A DNA stretch of 64,000 bases from an uncultured Candidatus Babeliaceae bacterium (GTDB taxonomy: Bacteria > Babelota > Babeliae > Babelales > Babelaceae): contig OY969927.1 in NCBI GenBank assembly GCA_963704655.1, positions 288,001 to 352,000 of the forward strand, read 5' to 3'. Position numbers and translations under genes: made by a program. Position 1 is the stretch's first letter. Each line of letters starts with the position of its first letter. The notes below the pieces were generated by a model. The model searched no databases. It had not been told where the DNA came from and saw only the letters and a list, made by a program, of their open reading frames with translations. Of this stretch, positions 29,901-38,900 are shown in pieces.

Positions 29901-32900
29901 TTGCTAATGCTTGATAGCCTAATGCAACGTTTGATGTGCCGGTTGTATTTGAGCCAAGAGCATTATACCCAAGAGCAGTATTTTGAATACCTGTAGTATT
30001 CGAACCAAGCGCATAATACCCAACCGCTGTTAAATTATTTGCACGATTGCTATAAAGACTTTGGTACCCAACTCCAACGTTATTACTTACATTCTTGGCA
30101 GCACTAGCGCCATTTCCAAATAATGCACTAGTACCAAGAGCAACATTATAAGATCCAGAAGTATTTGTTCCTAGCGAAGAGATACCCATAGCAACGTTAT
30201 TAACGCCTGTAGTGTTATTAGTCATGCTACTGAAACCTATTGCAATATTAAAACCTATAGTATCGCTTGGTAATGTAAGCGCCCCGATTGCTATATCTTG
30301 ACCATTTATTGGCGTGGCATTCTGCATTGCTAAACTGCCAATAGCAATATTAGCTCCTTGACCATTATCTTTTTGCAATGCACTGTATCCTATAGCAATA
30401 TCTGAAGCAGCAGCATTTAATGGTGTAGCATTTTGCATTGCACCAGAACCAATCGCCACATTTTGACCAATTGCACCATTGAAAGTCGCTAATGCATTAT
30501 TGCCAAGTGCAACATTATCACTAGATGTCATATTAGATTTTGCAGCTTGATATCCTACTGCAGTATTATTTTTTCCCGTTGTATTTGCATTAAGTGCTTG
30601 ATTACCTAATGCGACATTTAATGTGCCGGTGAGGGTATTATTATTTCCTGCATTCAAGCCGATAATGGTATTACCATATGTTGGCGCAAAGACAAAGCCC
30701 TGACCAATATTGCAACCGCCGACAGAACTGTAATTAATTAAACTATTACCGGTGAGTGTGACTGTTGTTGCTTCAAAGCTGCCGGTGCTATCACGTAAAA
30801 TGAGTGTTAATGCGGTGTCACATGATGTTGCCGTGTTAATAAGATTTGAGTATGAGCCTATGCCAAGTTGGCCGCTGCTGGTAACAACCACCGGTTCACC
30901 CACTTGTAAGTTATTGTAAATGCCAGCAACATATGCAGCAGTTTGCGTTCCTTGTGTACCGATATACGTAACGTTACTATCAGTTGAATTACCTTGATTT
31001 GCAATATAAATACTATTTGAAGTGCTTGTTCCTGCGTTTACGCCAGCTTCATAACCAAGTGCAACATTGTAAGTTCCCGTTATTATGTTAGATAAAGTTG
31101 CCTCCCCAACAGCTACATTAAACCCTGCACTATCTAGTCCTAATGAATTATATCCAATAGCAACGTCATGAGAAGCCTGTGCGCTGTTCATCGCATTAAT
31201 TCCAAGCGCGGTATTATAATAACCAGCTGTTGTTGCGTACATTGCTTGCGAACCAACTGCAGTATTATAATTACCAATCATATTAGCATTGAGTGCCAAA
31301 GTGCCAATTGCGGTATTTGAACCGCCGGATGTATTTGCTGATAACGCAAAAGCACCAAATGCGCTGTTTCCTAACCCTGAGTTATTGTCTTGTAAAGCAA
31401 ATGTGCCAACTGCTGTATTATCATATCCGGTAGTATTTGCACTTAATGCTTGTGAGCCAACGGCAACGTTGTAGCCAGAGCTATCATGAGCAAGTGCTTG
31501 ATAGCCAATTGCAACAGAGTTTCCAAAATATGGATTAGCCGAGGCCATTGCGTTGGTACCGATAGCAACGTTGTTGCTCTTATTAGTATTGGTTGCAAGC
31601 GTGCCAAACCCGAGTGCAGTGTTATTATACCCAGTGATATTGTTTGCAAGCGCTTGATAACCAAGTGCAACATTTGATGTTCCAGTTAAGTTATTACTAT
31701 TGCCTGCTCCAAGACCAATAAGGGTATTTTGTTTTGTTGGTGCCCAGACAAAACCAGCGCCTGTATCGCATCCGCCAACAGAGCTATAATTGATTAAGCT
31801 GTTGCCCGTGAGTGTGATAGTGGTTGCTGCAAAGCTGCCCGTGCTGTCGCGCAGCACAAGTGCTAATGCATTGTCACATGATGTTGCGGTGTTAATAAGA
31901 TTTGAATATGATCCCACACCAAGTTGTCCGTTGCTGGTAATAACTACCGGTTCACCCACTTGTAAGTTATTGTAAATGCCCGCAACATACGTTTGGGTTT
32001 GTCCATTACCAATTTTTATAAGATTGTTATCTCCTGCAGAGCCAACAACATTTGCTCCTAAGTAGATATTGTTTGATCCTGTAAGGCAATTAAGCCCTGC
32101 ATAGTAACCTAGGGCAGTATTAGCATAGCCGCTGTTGTTATAATAGAGTGAATAGTACCCTATCCCGACGTTACTAGTGCCAGTTATGTTAGATTGCAAT
32201 GCTCTTGAACCAATTGCAACTTGCTGTTGCCCCTGTGTATTATTAGTGAGGCTATATATACCAATAGCTATATTGTCACCAGAATTACTATTTGCCAGCG
32301 TAGATATTCCAATGCCGATGTTAGAGCTGCCTACAGTATTATTTTGTAATGAATAGTCGCCAATAGCTGTGTTAAATTGCCCAGCGGTATTGTTTGCAAG
32401 TGCATAATATCCTGCGGCAAAGTTATTGGTTCCTGTATTATTTTGTAATGCGTTAGTCCCCAGAGCTATTTGATATGGTCCAGTATTATTTTGTAATGCA
32501 TTTAAGCCAATGCCGATATTGTCATGTCCTGAGCTATTAAGCTGTAACGCATTATAACCAATGGCTATATTACTTGTCCCTGTGGCAATTAATTGTAAAG
32601 CATTTTGTCCAATAGCGATATTTCCGCTACCCGTTAATGTGTTGTTATTACCAGCATTTAATCCAATAATAGTATTATTATGTGTTGGCGCAAAGATAAA
32701 GCCTTGGCCAGTATTGCATCCGCCGAGCGAGCTGTAATTAATTAAGCTCTTTCCCGAAAGCGCAACTGTTGTAGCTTCAAATGTGCCCGTGTTATCACGC
32801 AAGACAAGGGTTGATGGAGTGTCGCATGCTGTTGCAGCCGTAAGTAAGGTATATGTTGGAAGCGTTGACCAAGAAAGTTGTGCTGGATTATTTCCATCTG

Positions 32901-35900
32901 TTGTCAATAATTGACCAAAAGCACCTTGGTTAATAGGCATTTGTAAGGTGTACGTAAACGCATATGTTGCAGATGGTGCAGTAATGCCTGCGTAGTTTGT
33001 ATTACCACTATCGTAAATATTAAACTGTTTTGCCAGCACGTTATTAAAAAGGTTATTTGGAGCATACCCAAGGTTTGTGCTATTTATTGTGCCACTTGGC
33101 ATAATATACCGCACTGAGCTGTTACCCAGCATGACGCTGTTATCAACGAATGCAGCAGCGCCTGCGCCTATGGCCGTTCTATTTTGCGCTGGTTCACCAA
33201 CATCTGCGCCAGTACCTAGTGCCGTGTTGTTACTACCAGAAGTTACCGTTAATAATGCCGAATAGCCCACTGCAGTATTAGAACCCCCAAGTACATTAGC
33301 GCTTAATGCCGAATAGCCCTCTGCGGTGTTATAACTTCCAATTACATTGGCGCTTAATGCGTTGTTGCCAACGGCGGTATTATAATTGCCCGATATATTA
33401 TTTGTTAAGGCAAAACTTCCTATTGCAGTATTAATAATTGGTTCTGGTCGTGGGTCAAAAATTGAATCTCCAAAAAACTGATAAGCAATTGCATTCATCG
33501 ATGCTTGATACCCAATGGCAACATTATATTGCATCGGATAAGTTCCAGCAAAGATGCCACCATTTACCACCAAATCGGTTCCGGTCATCAATGCCGAAGT
33601 TCCTATAGCAACATTAGAAAAACCTTGTTGCGTTGATGCTAATGCGCCTGTACCAATAGCGATATTATCTGCTGCGCCATTAAAAATATAAGAGTTATTC
33701 TCACCCTCTCCACCTATAAGACTTTGTCCAGCAAATGCGCCAATGGCGATATTGTCAAAACCTGCGGTGATACTTGCAAGAGCATCAAAACCAAGTGCAA
33801 CGTTTGATGTGCCCGTTAAGATATTATTATTGCCTGCATTCAAACCAATAAGAGTATTTTGATTTGTTGGCGCAAAGACAAAGCCTTGGCCAGTATTGCA
33901 TCCGCCAATTGTGCTGTAATTAATTAAACTGTTTCCCGTGAGTGTGATAGTTGTTGCTGCAAAGCTGCCCGTGCTGTCGCGCAGAACCAGCGACAATATA
34001 TTGTCGCATGATGTTGCGGTGTTAATAAGATCTGAATATGTCCCCACACCAAGTCGTCCGCTGCTGGTAACAACTACCGGTTCACCAACAAGTAGAGTGT
34101 TATAAATGCCCGCAACATATGCAGCAGTTTGTGTGCCTTGTGTACCGATATACGTGACGTTATTATCTGTTGAATTACCTAAATTTGATATATAAATACT
34201 ATTAGAAGTATTTGACCCTGCATTCTGACCCGCTGCATAGCCAAGTGCCACATTCGAGTTTCCCGATGTTATAAGCTCTATTGCATTAACTCCGACTGCG
34301 GTATTATATTGACCTGTAGTTAAGTCTAGCAATGCGTTCGTTCCAACTGCTGTGTTATAACTTCCTCCAATATTATTATTAAGTGCTGAAGCGCCAATGC
34401 CAGTATTTTGTACACCAGTTGTATTAGTTGTCAGTGCATTAAAACCAAGGGCCGTATTGAAATTACCAGTAGTGTTAGCTTGTAATGCAAACGTACCAAC
34501 TGCGGCATTATATGGGCTTAAATTTGCGCTTAATGCTTGCGAACCAACGGCAACGTTGTAGCCAAAACTATCATGGGCAAGTGCTTGATAGCCAATTGCA
34601 ACAGAGTTTCCTGAAAGGGGATTAGCCGAGGCCATAGCCTGGGTGCCAATAGCAACGTTGTTGCTCTTATTAACATTGGTTGCAAGCGTGCCAAATCCGA
34701 GTGCCGTGTTATTGCTGCCAGACGTATTGAGTGCCAATGCATTAAACCCAAGCGCAAGATTACCTGTGCCGGTGATATTGATATTATTATTTCCAGCATT
34801 TAAACCAATAATGGTATTACCCTTTGTTGGCGCAAAGACAAAGCCAGCGCCGGTATTGCAACCGCCCACCGTGCTGTAATTAATTAAGCTATTGCCAGTT
34901 AACGTTATTGTTGTTGCTGCAAAGCTGCCCGTGCTGTCGCGCAGCACAAGTGTTGATGCATTATCGCATGATGTTGCAGTGTTAAGTAAATTAAGTTGAG
35001 CACTATTAGTTACCGTGGTAATCCAGCTTAATTGTGCAGGTGCGCCACCATTTGTGGATAATACTTGGCCATTCGCGCCATGTGATGTTGGTAAAATAAG
35101 GCCATATGATGAAGAAAAGCTTGAGGGCACGGTAAATGTTATGTTACCGGTGCTATTTCCTTGGAATACTAAACCACTTTGTGCACGGATATTAAAGGTA
35201 TCATTTGATGTTGATGCAAATGATGAGCCTTGTGAATCGGCAAAGACAAATGCACCATTGTTTGCAGCATTTGCTTGTTGGCCAAGTGCCACAGAATATT
35301 CCCCATTTGCTTGGTTGTTATAACCGCCGGGTACTGTTGCATATTGTCCGCCTGCTGCGTTGCCATTACCGCCACCAACTGTTCCAGCATAACCCGCAGA
35401 ATTATTCTGGCCACCACCAACTGTTGCATATGAACTTGATGTGCTATTATTATAGCCACCGGTTATAACCGCGTAATAGCCATTTAGATTATTCGACAAA
35501 CCCCCGCCGATAATGGACCAATTTCCTAGTGAACTTCCTAGAGTATTATTTTGGCCACCAACAACAACAGAATAATCACTATTTGCGGTATTGGTATATC
35601 CAGCGCCTACAAATGAGCTGTTACCAGATGCGGTGTTATAAGTTCCACCGCCAACAACAGCATAATAATTAGATGCGTTATTATAATAGCCCCCTGTTAT
35701 AACCGAGTAATCACTATTTGCGGTATTGGTATATCCAGCGCCTACAAATGAACTGTTACCAGATGCGGTGTTATAATTTCCACCGCCAACAACAGCATAA
35801 TAATTAGATGCTTTATTTTGATAACCACCAACAACTGTGGCGTAATCATCTGTAGCATTGTGGTTTTGGCCACCGCCTATAAATGAGCTGTTTCCTGCAG

Positions 35901-38900
35901 CCTTATTGTTAAAACCACCAACGACAATTCCATAGGTATTTGATGCGGTGTTGGCAGATCCGCCAACAACTGTGGCGAAAGTATTTGAAGCACTATTTCC
36001 TTCGCCGCCCACAATAACAGCTTGGTCGCCTGTTGTATTGGAGTTGCCGATGCCACCGCCAATAAATGAGCTATTACCTGCAGCGTTATTGCCAAAACCA
36101 CCAACAACAACTCCGTAGGTATTAGAAGCAGTGTTGCTTTGGCCACCAAGTATAGCAGCGTTAGTATTTGATGCGTGGTTATACTGTCCACCGCCAACAA
36201 CAGCATAATTACCAGATGCTGTATTTTCATAACCGCCAGTTACCGATGAGTAATCACCTGAAGCAGTGTGGTGTTCACCATTACCGACAAATGAGCTATT
36301 TCCTGTAGAGTTATTATAACTGCCACCAACAACAATTCCATAGGAATTTGATGCAGTGTTATTTTGTCCACCAAGTATAGCAGCGTAACTATTTGATGCG
36401 GTGTTGCTTTGTCCGCCTGCAATAACAGCGTAAGAACCGGATGCAACATCAGACCCGCTTGCATTAATTTGTAAATCAACAGCATATGTTCCGCGTGTGT
36501 TACCACTTGCAGATGCTTGTAATGCGCGAGAACCTTGCGGAGCTACTGTAAGTGCTGAAATGCTACCACAGATTTGTCCTGCAGGTGAAAGGGTAGGGTC
36601 ATTTACTGTTAAACATCCATCTGCTGTTATGTTGTATGCGGCAAAGCTGCCTGTATTGTCCCGTAACACAAGTGTGTTTGGAATATCTGCGCTTGTTGCG
36701 GTGTAAATCCAATTTAATTCTGTTGAATTAGTTACCGTTGTTATCCAGCCAAGCTGTTCTGTTTTTCCTGGTCCTGAAACGACCCCAAGAACTTGATACA
36801 ATCCAGGGGCAGCGTTAGTTGGCAATATTAATGTGTACGTATTAGTTAGATTTCCAGCGGTTAATGACACTGAACCAGCGCCTGTTGAGCCTTGGAAAAC
36901 TTGATATCCTGTTACGGTAATATTTGTTGCCGCAAAGCTTCCCGTACTATCGCGTTCTACTATTGTTCCTTGAATATCAAGTGGTGTTGCATTATAAACA
37001 CCGTTATAAGCAAACTCAAAGTTTTGATAGTCAATGCCAGAAATTAAACCAACGCTGGTTGTGCCAATTAAGTTACCTGCGTAGGGAATGTTCAATTCAT
37101 GTGTTCCAGGTTCAATGTCATTCCATACAACAAGTGTTAAATTACCGGTATTTGTAGTTAAAAATTGTTCTGGTGCTGTTAAGCCATTAAGACTTTCAAT
37201 GCCACCTGTTAATGTTGCAACCCAGCTTAATTGCCCAGAGCCGTTATTAAACAATGCTTGATTTGGTCCAGTAGCCTGTGCTGCTGGCAATATTAATGTG
37301 TACGTATTAGTTAGATTTCCAGCGGTTAATGACACTGAACCAGCGCCTGTTGAGCCTTGGAAAACTTGATATCCTGTTACGGTGATATTGGTTGCTGCGA
37401 AGCTTCCCGTACTATCGCGTTCTACTATTGTTCCTTGAATATCAAGTGGTGTTGCATTATAAACACCGTTATAAGCAAACTCAAAGTTTTGATAGTCAAT
37501 GCCAGAAATTAAACCAACGCTGGTTGTGCCAATTAAGTTACCTGCGTAGGGAATGTTCAATTCATGTGTTCCAGGCTCAATGTCATTCCATACAACAAGT
37601 GTTAAATTACCGGTATTTGTAGTTAAAAATTGTTCTGGTGCCGTTAAGCCATTAAGACTTTCAATGCCACCTGTTAATGTTGCAACCCAGCTTAATTGCC
37701 CAGAGCCGTTATTAAACAATGCTTGATTTGGTCCAGTAGCCTGTGCTGCTGGCAATATTAATGTGTACGTATTAGTTAGATTTCCAGCGGTTAATGACAC
37801 TGAACCAGCGCCTGTTGAGCCTTCGAATACTTGATATCCTGTTACGGTGATATTGGTTGCTGCAAAGCTTCCAGTACTATCGCGTTCTACTATTGTTCCT
37901 TGAATATCAAGTGGTGTTGCATTATAAACACCATTATAAGCAAACTCAAAGTTTTGATAATCTTCACCGGTGATTAAACCAACATGGTTATTGTCATCAG
38001 GTAAATTACCAGCATATGGGATATCTAATTGATGTACGCCAGTTACTGCGTTATCAGTCCAACCAAAGAATGTTTCAGCTGTGTAGGTAGTTAAGAATTG
38101 ATTTACAACAGTTACACTATTCAAGCTTTCAATTGCTGAACCAATAACAACGGTCTGCCATGAAAGATTACCGAACCCATCATTAATAAGTGTCTGACTT
38201 GAGTTACCCTGTGCTTGTGGAAGAGTTACACCATAACTTGTTGAAACTGTTGCTGGGCCAGTAATAGAGACAGTACCACTGTTATCTTTTGCTTCAAACG
38301 CTACCGTTGTTACCGTTACAGTTGTTGCTGCAAAGCTGCCGGTAGAATCGCGTAATACGAGTGTTAATGGAATATCTGCGCTTGTTGCAGACAGCACGGT
38401 TGAATAGGTTTGTGCAAGTGCGCATGCAGGAATGCCACAGACAAATGCAACGTGTGTTGCAGTTTGCGTGCCGATGACATCACCATATAATTGTCCGGTA
38501 AATGAAGTGGTAGTTATTGTCCCCACGCCAAGTTGCCCAAGTGAAGTTACTACAACAGGTGAACCGGTTACCGGTGTTCCATAAATACCAGCAACATATG
38601 CAGAAGTTTGTGTGCCTTGTGTGCCAATGCGAATGGTATTTTGGTCACCAGGTGCGCCACCACTGCTTATTAAAATATTATTACTTTCATTAGAAGTATA
38701 AGGATAACCAGCATTTAAGCCCAATGCAATATTATTAACACCTGTTAATACATTACCTAATGCAGAGTGACCAAGTGCAAGGTTTTGTCCACCAACATCT
38801 TTAGCAAGTGCGCCGTTACCCAGGGCTATATCAAAACCATTTGAAGGAGACGCAGATTGCATAGCTTCATAACCGATAGCGATGTTTGATCCCAAACCGT

